Under the pieces are notes generated by a model. The model ran no database searches. It saw only the letters and a program-made list of their open reading frames with translations, and had not been told where the DNA came from. The translations under genes and the position numbers were made by a program. From Tissierellales bacterium (GTDB lineage Bacteria > Bacillota > Clostridia > Tissierellales > JAOAQY01): DNA of 64,000 bases. The stretch's first letter is position 1, and every line of letters begins with the position of its first letter. Below are positions 28,077 to 37,059 of the stretch, in pieces. The stretch lies in assembly GCA_025210965.1 (NCBI GenBank), contig JAOAQY010000072.1, forward strand, positions 9,837-73,836, given 5' to 3'.

Positions 28077-28998
28077 ATTCTTCCCCCTTGGTCACTTTCA
28101 TGAATATATCCTCTAAATTTTGGTCTGTATTTCCAAAATTTACTATTGAAATATTCGCTTTCACAATATCCTTTAACAACTCAGATTTTTTTTCATCGCT
28201 CCCGTTAAATTCTACTGCAAATTCATAGTCTCTATTCTGTACTTCAGTAATATAAGGATTCTCTCTCAATATAGTTTCCAATTCTTCAACTTTATTTAAA
28301 GTCTTTATCCTAACTATATTATTTTCTCCAGCAGAATTAATTATCCCATCTACACTATCCCTAGTTATTATCTTTCCGCGCTCTATTATTCCTATGCTAG
28401 TACATATCTCAGCTATTTCTGGAAGTATGTGCGAACTAATAATTACAGTTTTCCCCATCGATTTAAGCTCTTTAAGTATATTTTTCATGTGAACTCTAGC
28501 TCTTGGATCCATACCAGATGCTGGCTCATCTAGTATTAATAGTTCTGGATTATGAATAAGTGCTCTAGCTAGACATAGTCTCTGCTTCATACCTCTTGAA
28601 AGCGCATCTACATATGCATTTTTTTTCTCCGTAAGACCTACTAACTCTAATAGTTGATCTATTCTCTTATTCAATTCTTTTTCTGGAACTTTGTTCAAAT
28701 CCCCATAGAAAGTCATATATTCTTCAACTTTTAAGTCATTATAGACTCCAAAAAAATCTGGCATATATCCAATTTGACTTCTAACTCCATTTAAGTCTTC
28801 ATTTAAATTTCTATCATTTATCCATATTTCTCCACTTGTCGGTTCTAGTAGCGTTGCAATCATTCTCATAGTAGTAGTTTTACCCGCACCATTTGGACCA
28901 ACAAAACCAAATATCTCTCCTTTTTTTATTTCCAAATTTAAATTATCTACTGCTATAAAATTTCCATATTTTTTAGTAACATTTTTCAATTTCAACAT
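28069..28998 (-). CDS. ABC transporter ATP-binding protein (ABC-2 subfamily, with C-terminal extension)
   Basis: Walker A GPNGAGKTT, signature LSRGMKQR, Walker B LLILDEP, H-loop SSHIL. Confidence 0.9.
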   Translation of the reverse strand: MLKLKNVTKKYGNFIAVDNLNLEIKKGEIFGFVGPNGAGKTTTMRMIATLLEPTSGEIWINDRNLNEDLNGVRSQIGYMPDFFGVYNDLKVEEYMTFYGDLNKVPEKELNKRIDQLLELVGLTEKKNAYVDALSRGMKQRLCLARALIHNPELLILDEPASGMDPRARVHMKNILKELKSMGKTVIISSHILPEIAEICTSIGIIERGKIITRDSVDGIINSAGENNIVRIKTLNKVEELETILRENPYITEVQNRDYEFAVEFNGSDEKKSELLKDIVKANISIVNFGNTDQNLEDIFMKVTKGEEYD

Positions 28999-31139
28999 TA
29001 GTTCACAACCCCCTGAACTCTAATTTCTGGAAGGCTCACAGAATCATCAACATTTGAATTTATTTTCAGCACTATAGTTTTGTCTTCATCCATATATTTA
29101 TCTATGTCTTCACTATTTAAAATTTTTCCATTTTGGATATCTTCCCAATTATTTTCTTTAATATTAAATATTTGATAATTTGTTCCCTGACTTTCATCTA
29201 AATAAAATTGCCACTCATTAATATCAACGTCACTCTCAACTTCTCTATAGTGTATTTCTGCACTTCCTACACCATATAGATAATCTCGCCTTGTATCATA
29301 CTCCAAACCATTTACATTTTTAACCTCAACAACGAGCAAATCAGTTGACCCTGTCACTACACTTCCCTTTTCCATTTGTATTTCTCCAAATGAATAAATC
29401 ATATTTCTATTAAGCTGATTCATTTCCTTTCCATTCATCATCGAACTAAAATCTAGATTTTCCTCATTCCAAGCTACAATTATATAGTTTCCAAACCTTT
29501 TTTCACTTGATTTATATTTAGAATCGAAAAATCTATTTGAAAAGCTTTGTTTAAAGTCTTCTGTCAAATAATTTTTTTCATTATTCTCACTTGTATCTAT
29601 TCCCTGCGATTCTAAATACTTAGATCTTTCATCTGAATAATAGAGATCACTTATTTCTATGTCACTCCAATTAGTTTCTTTTCCTCTTTTCAAATCTATT
29701 TCTACTATTTTTTCCTCACCAACTCTAAGATCTCCTAAAAACACTATTGTTTTATCAAATACAAATACCATATCCTCTAGCAAATATCCAGTTTCATTCT
29801 TTATAATACCTCTAATAGTGTTATCTTCTAATTTCAATTCAGTATTTATATTTCCAATACTATCGGTTTCCCAGTCAATTGGTATTGTTGTTGGTGACCA
29901 AAAACCATTGTTTTTATACTTTAGAGTTTTTTGCACAATATTGTTAGTTACAAAAACATTTTCCTTATTTTTATTAAAATCATATGCTCTTATTTTCCCA
30001 TAATTTACTTTCACATCGTTTAAAAATTCTAAAATACACTCATTCTCTGTAGTCGCAAAGATCGAACTAGAACTGCTAATTTTGGCAACATTACTATTAG
30101 GATTTAATTCTACATATGATGCCTTACTCATAACAGGACCTTTAAGCTCTGTATTAGAGCTAATTGCGTATACTCCTATAGAAAAAACTAAAACTATAGC
30201 TGGTACCGATATCCACAAAAATTCTCGTCTGTCAATCTGCTTCAATACCAAGTAATTCACCGGACCTACAACTACTACAAAAATCATCAATACTATCTTT
30301 AGTAAATCAAACTTTGGTGCTAATTTAGCCGGTATAGTCGCTGTGTACCAATCACTATACCAATATCTATCATTATCATTTGAAACTACTTTTCTATCTT
30401 TAAGTAGTTCATTTATCATATCTATACTATTGCTATCAATCTCAGAGTAATTCGTATTTGCTAATCCTATATTATTTTCTGCCCACGCTTTACTACGACT
30501 ATCAACTATAAAATAGCCTCCACTATTTCGCCATTCTTTCAAGTAGTCAATTTGCTCGTTTGTCAATTTGTTAACTTCATTTGACAATATAATATATTGA
30601 AATAGATCAAGAACTTCTTTATTTATTATTTTATTGTTTTCTAATTGTATAAGATTACCATTTAATTCTCTATATTGTTCTACTGATTCTGCAATAACTC
30701 CGATTTCACCATATCCAGCACTCTCAGAATATTCCTCATTGAACCATGATTCGCTTTTTTCAAAAATAATATTCCCATTGTTATCAACTATTTTCACTAC
30801 GTATTCGTTAGTCTCTGGTTGTTCTGCATAAATAGGCAGTACTATTTTCTTGCTTGAATTTTGAGGCAAATTAAGATTTTCTTCATATTTTAAAAATCTT
30901 GGATCGCGTTCATCTTCGTAATTTACATACACTTCTACTTTTCCATCAAAATCCTTACCACTATTTGTTATATCTATACCAAATGGTATAACTTCATCAT
31001 GCTTTACAAAACCAGAAAAACCAGGTTCTATCTGAACTAAAAACCCGCTACTTGCTATTACTGATGTGCTTATTACAAAAAAAACTATCATAATTAAAGC
31101 ACTGACTAAAATACTATTTTTTTTCACCCTACTCGACAT
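28998..31139 (-). CDS. Large membrane protein of unknown function; N-terminal ectodomain with a GATase1-like/DUF4350- or GldG-like flavour
   Basis: Start set at ATG 31139, 5 nt after AAGAGGAGGG. Signal anchor ILVSALIMIVFFVISTSVIA. LTNEQIDYLKEWRNSGGYFIV resembles the auxiliary components of ABC-2 systems. A TM pair sits in the middle (IVLMIFVVVVGPVNYLVL / LWISVPAIVLVFSIGVYAI). The C-terminal domain of about 370 aa is unassigned. Confidence 0.5.
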   Translation of the reverse strand: MSSRVKKNSILVSALIMIVFFVISTSVIASSGFLVQIEPGFSGFVKHDEVIPFGIDITNSGKDFDGKVEVYVNYEDERDPRFLKYEENLNLPQNSSKKIVLPIYAEQPETNEYVVKIVDNNGNIIFEKSESWFNEEYSESAGYGEIGVIAESVEQYRELNGNLIQLENNKIINKEVLDLFQYIILSNEVNKLTNEQIDYLKEWRNSGGYFIVDSRSKAWAENNIGLANTNYSEIDSNSIDMINELLKDRKVVSNDNDRYWYSDWYTATIPAKLAPKFDLLKIVLMIFVVVVGPVNYLVLKQIDRREFLWISVPAIVLVFSIGVYAISSNTELKGPVMSKASYVELNPNSNVAKISSSSSIFATTENECILEFLNDVKVNYGKIRAYDFNKNKENVFVTNNIVQKTLKYKNNGFWSPTTIPIDWETDSIGNINTELKLEDNTIRGIIKNETGYLLEDMVFVFDKTIVFLGDLRVGEEKIVEIDLKRGKETNWSDIEISDLYYSDERSKYLESQGIDTSENNEKNYLTEDFKQSFSNRFFDSKYKSSEKRFGNYIIVAWNEENLDFSSMMNGKEMNQLNRNMIYSFGEIQMEKGSVVTGSTDLLVVEVKNVNGLEYDTRRDYLYGVGSAEIHYREVESDVDINEWQFYLDESQGTNYQIFNIKENNWEDIQNGKILNSEDIDKYMDEDKTIVLKINSNVDDSVSLPEIRVQGVVN

Positions 31140-31238
31140 TTTTGCCCTCCTCTTAATCTTATGATTTTCACATCCATTGTCTTTTACAATATACCTCATA
31201 AAGATTAAAAAAAGATTAAACAATAATTGCTTATGATT

Positions 31239-31260
31239 ACATTTCTAATACATTTCTAAT
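31239..31260. repeat. Tandem 11-bp direct repeat ACATTTCTAAT x2 (candidate response-regulator site)
   Basis: Exact copies at 31239-31249 and 31250-31260. A second phased pair, AAGATTAAA, lies at 31201-31209 and 31212-31220. Confidence 0.6.
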
Positions 31261-31261
31261 C

Positions 31262-31316
31262 AAAATACAATATATATCTAAATTTCTTTGACTAAAATAC
31301 ATATATATTGTATTTT
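31262..31316. promoter_or_regulatory. Perfect 16-bp inverted repeat flanking a TTGACT box in the divergent control region
   Basis: AAAATACAATATATAT (31262-31277) and ATATATATTGTATTTT (31301-31316) are exact reverse complements. The 23-nt spacer contains TTGACT. Confidence 0.6.
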
Positions 31317-31338
31317 AATTATAAAAGGAGGCTTTTTC

Positions 31339-31773
31339 ATGTCAACTTCATTAGAAAAAATAGATTTAATAAAAAATCGTACACATGTATCTTATGCCGT
31401 TGCTAAAGATGCTCTAGAAAGAAACAACAATGATTTAGTTGAAACACTAATATATCTAGAAAATAATAATTTAATTATCAATATTGAACAAATAGGATAC
31501 AATCAAAAAAAACAAACATCTTTTATGAAAAAATTAAAGAAATTCTTATTATCATATACTATTGTCACAAATAGGAAAAAGCAACGTATCTTTCAAATGC
31601 AAACAATTCTGACTTTAATTATTATTGTATCTTTATTGCCAGTTTCCATTCCGTTTCTAATAATTACCTTACCTATGAAACAAACTTGGGATTTTGTAAG
31701 TCTTGATTCTATAGAACCTTTAGCTGAACCTGAGGACGATAATAATGATTCAAAAGATATAGATAACCAATAG
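31339..31773 (+). CDS. Small membrane protein with UBA/EF-Ts-N-like N-terminus (DUF4342-like)
   Basis: ATG 31339 lies after AAAGGAGG. The N-terminus IDLIKNRTHVSYAVAKDALERNNNDLVETLIYLE is UBA/TS-N-like. It has a central hydrophobic segment and an acidic tail. Confidence 0.45.
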   Translation: MSTSLEKIDLIKNRTHVSYAVAKDALERNNNDLVETLIYLENNNLIINIEQIGYNQKKQTSFMKKLKKFLLSYTIVTNRKKQRIFQMQTILTLIIIVSLLPVSIPFLIITLPMKQTWDFVSLDSIEPLAEPEDDNNDSKDIDNQ

Positions 31774-31813
31774 TTACCTTTCAAAAATAATTAATTCAAA
31801 AGAGGGATTCAAT

Positions 31814-32506
31814 ATGAATACAAATATTCTCATAGTAGAAGATGAAGTCAAAATAGCACGCTTTCTAGAACTCGAGCTAAACCATGAAGGCTATTGCATA
31901 ACTACTGTATTTAACGGTAGAGATGGATTAGAACAAGGCTTGTCTAATCAATATGATATGATACTTCTAGACGTAATGCTTCCTGGTCTAAATGGTATGG
32001 AAATCTGTCGTCGCATAAGACAAAAATCTGATATTCCCATAATAATGCTTACTGCAAAAGATGACACCATGGATAAAGTAATGGGGCTTGATTTTGGTGC
32101 AGATGATTATGTAACAAAGCCATTTGAAATTGAAGAATTATTAGCACGTATTAGGCGAACACTTCGTCATATAAAAACTTTAGATTCTGATTCTCAATCT
32201 TCAAAATTACTTTGCAGGAATCTATCGCTTGACGACTCTAGGCACATAGTTACGTACAACAATTCAGAAATTCAATTGACTAAAAAAGAATACGATTTAT
32301 TGCAATATTTAATGATAAATAAAAATATGGCATTATCTCGAGATCAAATACTTGAAAATGTATGGGGATTCGATTTTGTTGGTCAAACAAATATAGTTGA
32401 TGTGTATATACGCTATTTGAGAAGTAAAATAGATGATGTATTTCATGTAAAACTCATCGAAACTATCCGTGGCGTCGGCTATATCATGAAGGATAGTAAC
32501 AAATGA
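31814..32506 (+). CDS. OmpR/PhoB-family response regulator
   Basis: REC domain (ILIVEDE, ILLDVMLPG, TKPF) plus a winged helix (LTKKEYDLLQYL, RGVGY). Confidence 0.92.
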   Translation: MNTNILIVEDEVKIARFLELELNHEGYCITTVFNGRDGLEQGLSNQYDMILLDVMLPGLNGMEICRRIRQKSDIPIIMLTAKDDTMDKVMGLDFGADDYVTKPFEIEELLARIRRTLRHIKTLDSDSQSSKLLCRNLSLDDSRHIVTYNNSEIQLTKKEYDLLQYLMINKNMALSRDQILENVWGFDFVGQTNIVDVYIRYLRSKIDDVFHVKLIETIRGVGYIMKDSNK

Positions 32507-33957
32507 TTCTAAGTATTATAAAACAAATCATTCGGATTATATTGTGGCTCGTTTGGGCACCATTTAGATTTATCTCTTTTACATTTTCTAAAATATGTAA
32601 TTTACTAAGATTTAATATTTCTTTTAAGCTAACTTTGTTTTTTGCTATTTTAATTCCAACTTTACTAGTTATAGAAAATCTATACTTATTAAATTATGCT
32701 CATTCAAGTTACTTCGACTCAACTTACACTCAATTAGTAAAATCGAGTGATTATTTGCATGATTTAGCAAAAGCTATAGATTTAGATCAAGAAACAATTG
32801 AAAAATACGCATACCATAATACTTTAGATGTTTATGTATACGATAAAAATGGTACTCTACTAAATTCTTTTGTTCAAGATAACTCTCTATATGACAACCC
32901 TTCAGATGTCTATAATTTGAGACGTGGTTTTGGCCTTGAAGAACAATTATTATTTGGATTTGACTTACCATCTATAGTAAAACTAAATGTTTACTATGAT
33001 GACTTAGATATTATCCTTGTTATGCCATTTTTAAACCAAAAGAATTCATTTCAATCATTGATTTTTTTATCAGTATTTTTCAATTTTTTCCTCATATTGT
33101 TAGCAATACTGCTTAGCAACAAAATGAGCCGAAAACTTTTGAAACCTATAAAAAATATGACAGCAACAGTACAAAATATAAGCATAAGTAATATTGATGA
33201 GAGGATAAACATAAAAGGTACTAAGGATGAGTTAAAAGATTTAGCTCTCACATTCAACGATATGATGGATAGACTTGAAACATCATATGTAAAGCAACGC
33301 CAATTTGTAAATGATGCGTCACATGAACTCAGAACTCCCATCGCAGTTTTGAAAGGTTATGCCAATATGCTAAATAGATGGGGTAAAAAAGATCCTCAAA
33401 TTTTAGAAGAAAGTATTCAATCCATAATAAGTGAAACAAATCAAATGCAAAGCCTTGTAGAAAAATTACTATATCTAGCGCGAAATGACAAAAATTCTTT
33501 AAAACTCGAAAAAAATAATTTTTCTATGAATGTTTTAATCGAAGAAGTTTTTCAAGATATGGAATTAATAGATCAGAATCATAAATATTTTTCTAAAACT
33601 AATGAACATATAGATTTCTATGGCGATAGAGTAGCTCTAAAAGAAGCAATCAGAATATTTATGGATAATAGTATGAAGTATACACCTGAAAATGGTAGCA
33701 TCTATTTATCAACTAAATCATCTAATAAATCCATCTTTATCTCAATCGCTGATAATGGAATTGGAATCTCAAAATCTGACCTGCCGCATGTTTTTGAAAG
33801 GTTTTACCGTGCTGATAAATCTAGAGCTAAATCAATGGGCGGCACTGGATTGGGATTGTCAATTGCAAAAATAATAATAGAACAGCATAGTGGAACTATT
33901 TGGATTGATAGCATTGAAAACGAAGGTACAATAGTAACTATAATATTACCGCGTTAA
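32503..33957 (+). CDS. HAMP-domain sensor histidine kinase
   Basis: Two TM segments, a HAMP domain, H-box ASHELRTPIA, and boxes DNGIGI and GGTGLGLSIA. It overlaps the response-regulator stop by 4 nt. Confidence 0.92.
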   Translation: MILSIIKQIIRIILWLVWAPFRFISFTFSKICNLLRFNISFKLTLFFAILIPTLLVIENLYLLNYAHSSYFDSTYTQLVKSSDYLHDLAKAIDLDQETIEKYAYHNTLDVYVYDKNGTLLNSFVQDNSLYDNPSDVYNLRRGFGLEEQLLFGFDLPSIVKLNVYYDDLDIILVMPFLNQKNSFQSLIFLSVFFNFFLILLAILLSNKMSRKLLKPIKNMTATVQNISISNIDERINIKGTKDELKDLALTFNDMMDRLETSYVKQRQFVNDASHELRTPIAVLKGYANMLNRWGKKDPQILEESIQSIISETNQMQSLVEKLLYLARNDKNSLKLEKNNFSMNVLIEEVFQDMELIDQNHKYFSKTNEHIDFYGDRVALKEAIRIFMDNSMKYTPENGSIYLSTKSSNKSIFISIADNGIGISKSDLPHVFERFYRADKSRAKSMGGTGLGLSIAKIIIEQHSGTIWIDSIENEGTIVTIILPR

Positions 33958-33967
33958 GTTAACAAAA

Positions 33968-34027
33968 AAACACGTTGCCATATTATTCAATACACAAATA
34001 TCGAATAATACCCGGCAACGTGTTTTT
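33968..34027. terminator. Bidirectional intrinsic terminator
   Basis: AAACACGTTGCC...GGCAACGTGTTT with a nested inner hairpin and flanking A- and T-runs. Confidence 0.8.
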
Positions 34028-34042
34028 AATTAAATAAAACTT

Positions 34043-35482
34043 CTATACATTCTTCAATACGTCATTCAATAATTCCCAAGTTCTTATTGTTGACTGAATT
34101 TCTAAACGCTCATTCGGAGAGTGAACTTCATACATATTTGGTCCCATAGAAATCATGTCAATAGCACCTAATTTTTCTGTAAGTAATCCACATTCTAGTC
34201 CTGCATGAATTGCATCTATTTTAGCATCTTTATTAAATAATTTTTTATAACTAGATTTAAAGACCTCTCTGATATGAGAATCTTCTCTGTATTCCCATGC
34301 TGGGTAATCTGATATCAATTTAAAATCTGCACCAGTAAGCATTGCAGCCTCTTGAATTCTTTTAGCTATCTCATGCTTCAATGTCTGTACCGAACTTCTT
34401 ATTGCACTTTCAAATAATACAGCATCTCCCTCTGTTGTTAAAACTCCAATATTGCTTGAACTTTCAACAAGTCCTTCTATAGCTTGACTCATAGTTTGTG
34501 GTCCATAAGGAATTAAACGCAATAAAGCAATTACATAATTTCTAGATTCTGTAGTCATAGATTTCATTTCAGATTCTTCACTAGTTGTAGTTATTGTGAT
34601 ATTTTTTTCGACCATTCCATATTCTTTGCTATAAGTATTTCTTAGTGAATCAACTAATTCATCTAGCTTATCTTTATGGCTAGTTCTTATAATAGCTTCA
34701 GCTCTATTTGGTATTGCATTCATTTTTTCTCCACCAGTTAAGCTTACTAACTCAAATTCGAAGCTTTCTTTAAAGCTTTGAAGCATTCTTCCCAATAATT
34801 TTATAGCATTAGCTCTACCTGTATGAATCTCAGAACCTGAGTGTCCTCCAAGTAAATTTGAAATCTTCACTTTATATGTTTCTTTAAATTTAGAATCAGT
34901 TCTCTTAACTGTTTGAGTTACTATATTCCTAACACCACCAGCACAACTTCCCAAGAATATTCCCTCTTCTTCTGAGTCAATATTTATCATTATCTCGCCT
35001 TCAACATGAGTAGGATCTAAATTAGCTGCTCCGCCCATACCACTTTCTTCGTCAACTGTAAATAATGCAGTAATTTTAGGGTGTACTGCCTCTTTATCTG
35101 TTAGCAAAGCTAACGCCATAGCCACAGCGATACCATTGTCGGCCCCAAGTGATGTTCCATCTGCTGTTATTAAATCTTCAGTATATATAAGTTTGATTGG
35201 ATCTTTGTCAAAATCATGATTACAATCTTCTTCCTTAACATTAACCATATCCAAATGTCCTTGTAAAATCACACCTGGTCTATCTGCCATAGTAGAATGC
35301 GCAGGTTTTTTGATAATAAGATTATTCATCTCATCTTGATACGCTTCTAAACCGTTTTCCTTAGCAAACTCATAAATATGGTCACTAATAGCTTTCTCAT
35401 CTCCTGAACCTCTTGGAATTTTTGAAAGTTCTTCAAAGAAATAGAATAATTTGTAATTTTTTAATAATGTTTCTCTTGTCAT
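34043..35482 (-). CDS. pepD: Aminoacyl-histidine dipeptidase (Xaa-His dipeptidase, M20 family)
   Basis: Motifs FEELSKIPRGSG, GHLDMV and TVDEESGMGGA. Start is ATG 35482 after AGGAGGG. Confidence 0.9.
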   Translation of the reverse strand: MTRETLLKNYKLFYFFEELSKIPRGSGDEKAISDHIYEFAKENGLEAYQDEMNNLIIKKPAHSTMADRPGVILQGHLDMVNVKEEDCNHDFDKDPIKLIYTEDLITADGTSLGADNGIAVAMALALLTDKEAVHPKITALFTVDEESGMGGAANLDPTHVEGEIMINIDSEEEGIFLGSCAGGVRNIVTQTVKRTDSKFKETYKVKISNLLGGHSGSEIHTGRANAIKLLGRMLQSFKESFEFELVSLTGGEKMNAIPNRAEAIIRTSHKDKLDELVDSLRNTYSKEYGMVEKNITITTTSEESEMKSMTTESRNYVIALLRLIPYGPQTMSQAIEGLVESSSNIGVLTTEGDAVLFESAIRSSVQTLKHEIAKRIQEAAMLTGADFKLISDYPAWEYREDSHIREVFKSSYKKLFNKDAKIDAIHAGLECGLLTEKLGAIDMISMGPNMYEVHSPNERLEIQSTIRTWELLNDVLKNV

Positions 35483-35635
35483 GATCTTCCCTCCTGTTTG
35501 GATTAGCCAGCATATAACATGCCACCATATAGTCAAAGAATACTCTTTACTCCATTCTATACCTTGGCGTTTAAAAATTCTAGTCCATTAAGTTTTTGTC
35601 ATATTTTCAAAATAAAAAAGGTGCTTCACAGCACC

Positions 35636-35980
35636 TTAGCTTTTTATAAATCCATCTACTATCAAGTCTATTTTTACATTTTCTAAATCTAAAAATAGCA
35701 CAAAATTATCAATTATATTCTTTTGTATATCTCTTGTCAGTTCTGGAATATTTACTCCAAATGGAACTTGTATTCTCACATCAACTTTCAATTGTTTCGT
35801 TTCATCAAGTTTTTCTATATTGGTTTTATTTCTCTTTAAGAATTGATTAACTCCTTTTTTGCCACCAACGTAGTTGACATTCGAGTATTGATTCAATGTT
35901 TCAACTATAATATTTGCTATCACCACATCAGATATAAATATTTCATGGTGTCCATAATTTTGTAACAACATTTCTTTCAT
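35636..35980 (-). CDS. Asp23/Gls24-family (alkaline shock) protein
   Basis: The pattern EIFISDVVIANIIVETL...VDVRIQVPFGVNIPELTRDIQ...VKIDLIVDG fits Asp23. ATG 35980 follows GAGAGGTGG. The terminator hairpin AAGGTGC...GCACCTT overlaps the stop codon. Confidence 0.65.
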   Translation of the reverse strand: MKEMLLQNYGHHEIFISDVVIANIIVETLNQYSNVNYVGGKKGVNQFLKRNKTNIEKLDETKQLKVDVRIQVPFGVNIPELTRDIQKNIIDNFVLFLDLENVKIDLIVDGFIKS

Positions 35981-36061
35981 AAATACCACCTCTCATTAGC
36001 TCTAGTAAATTGTTCATCTCAAAGTATTTTACTATTAATCTTATACCCTTAAATTAATAAT

Positions 36062-36913
36062 CTAAAATTCTATATTTTTAAAGCCCAACCCGTGTATCTC
36101 TGATGTGTCTATAATAGACATAAATGCTTTAGGATCAATCTGATTAATTATTCTTTTAAGATCCGCCATCTGACGCTGAGATACTATGCAATAAACTATT
36201 TTTTTCTTATTTTTAGTATATGCGCCTTCGCCTTCGAGATAAGTTACTCCCCTTTTTAATCCTTTCATTATAGCCTGTGCCATATTTTCTGATTCATCGG
36301 TAATAATCAATATCATCTTTCTTCTATCAAAACCTTGAAGCAATACATCAAAAACTTTTGCAAATATAAACATATTAATAAGTGTGTACATAGCAATAGT
36401 ATAATTAACTGTAAAAGCTCCCATAAGTACAATAAACGCATTTAACACAAATCCGATAGAAGATATACTTATATCGTATCTTTTCTTCATTATCACAGCA
36501 ACTATATCTGTTCCTCCTGTCGATGCACTCTGTCTGAAAATAATTCCAGCTCCAAGTCCACTAAACAGGCCACCATAAATACAAGATGCCAACAAATCCT
36601 CAACTATCACATAGCTAGAATACTTTTCTGTCAAAACCAAGAAAATCGAAAGGCTAAGCATACCATACAAACTAGTTAGTATAAATTCTCTATTGATTTC
36701 CCTCATTCCAATCAGAAACAATGGAATATTTATAATTAAAATCAAAACTCCAGCTTTTATCCCAGTCAAATATTGTAATATCAAAGATAAACCAGTTACT
36801 CCCCCTGATACTAAATGATGCGGCACTATAAATAAATTTATCGCAATTGCCATAATAAGTGCACCAATAGTAATCCATATAAATCTAATTATTTTTTTCT
36901 TAGTATCATACAA
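36062..36913 (-). CDS. YitT-family membrane protein (with C-terminal DUF2179 domain)
   Basis: Motifs GGVTGLSLILQY and STGGTDIVAVI. The soluble C-terminal domain is RKMILIITDE...VTYLEGEGAY. TTG start. Confidence 0.85.
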   Translation of the reverse strand: MYDTKKKIIRFIWITIGALIMAIAINLFIVPHHLVSGGVTGLSLILQYLTGIKAGVLILIINIPLFLIGMREINREFILTSLYGMLSLSIFLVLTEKYSSYVIVEDLLASCIYGGLFSGLGAGIIFRQSASTGGTDIVAVIMKKRYDISISSIGFVLNAFIVLMGAFTVNYTIAMYTLINMFIFAKVFDVLLQGFDRRKMILIITDESENMAQAIMKGLKRGVTYLEGEGAYTKNKKKIVYCIVSQRQMADLKRIINQIDPKAFMSIIDTSEIHGLGFKNIEF

Positions 36914-37007
36914 ATCAATATCACACCTTTCCCTCTTACTTAGTAGTATAACATCGATTGATTAAAAACTCATTTCAAAAATATTACATTTACATTATTC
37001 TTAAGAA

Positions 37008-37056
37008 TAAAAAATACTATCTTAAATCAATATTGATTAAGATAGTATTTTTTTAC
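37008..37056 (-). terminator. Intrinsic terminator after the hydrogenase operon
   Basis: AATACTATCTTAAATCAA/TTGATTAAGATAGTATT stem with one bulge, followed by a T-run on the minus strand. Confidence 0.8.
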
Positions 37057-37059
37057 AAA

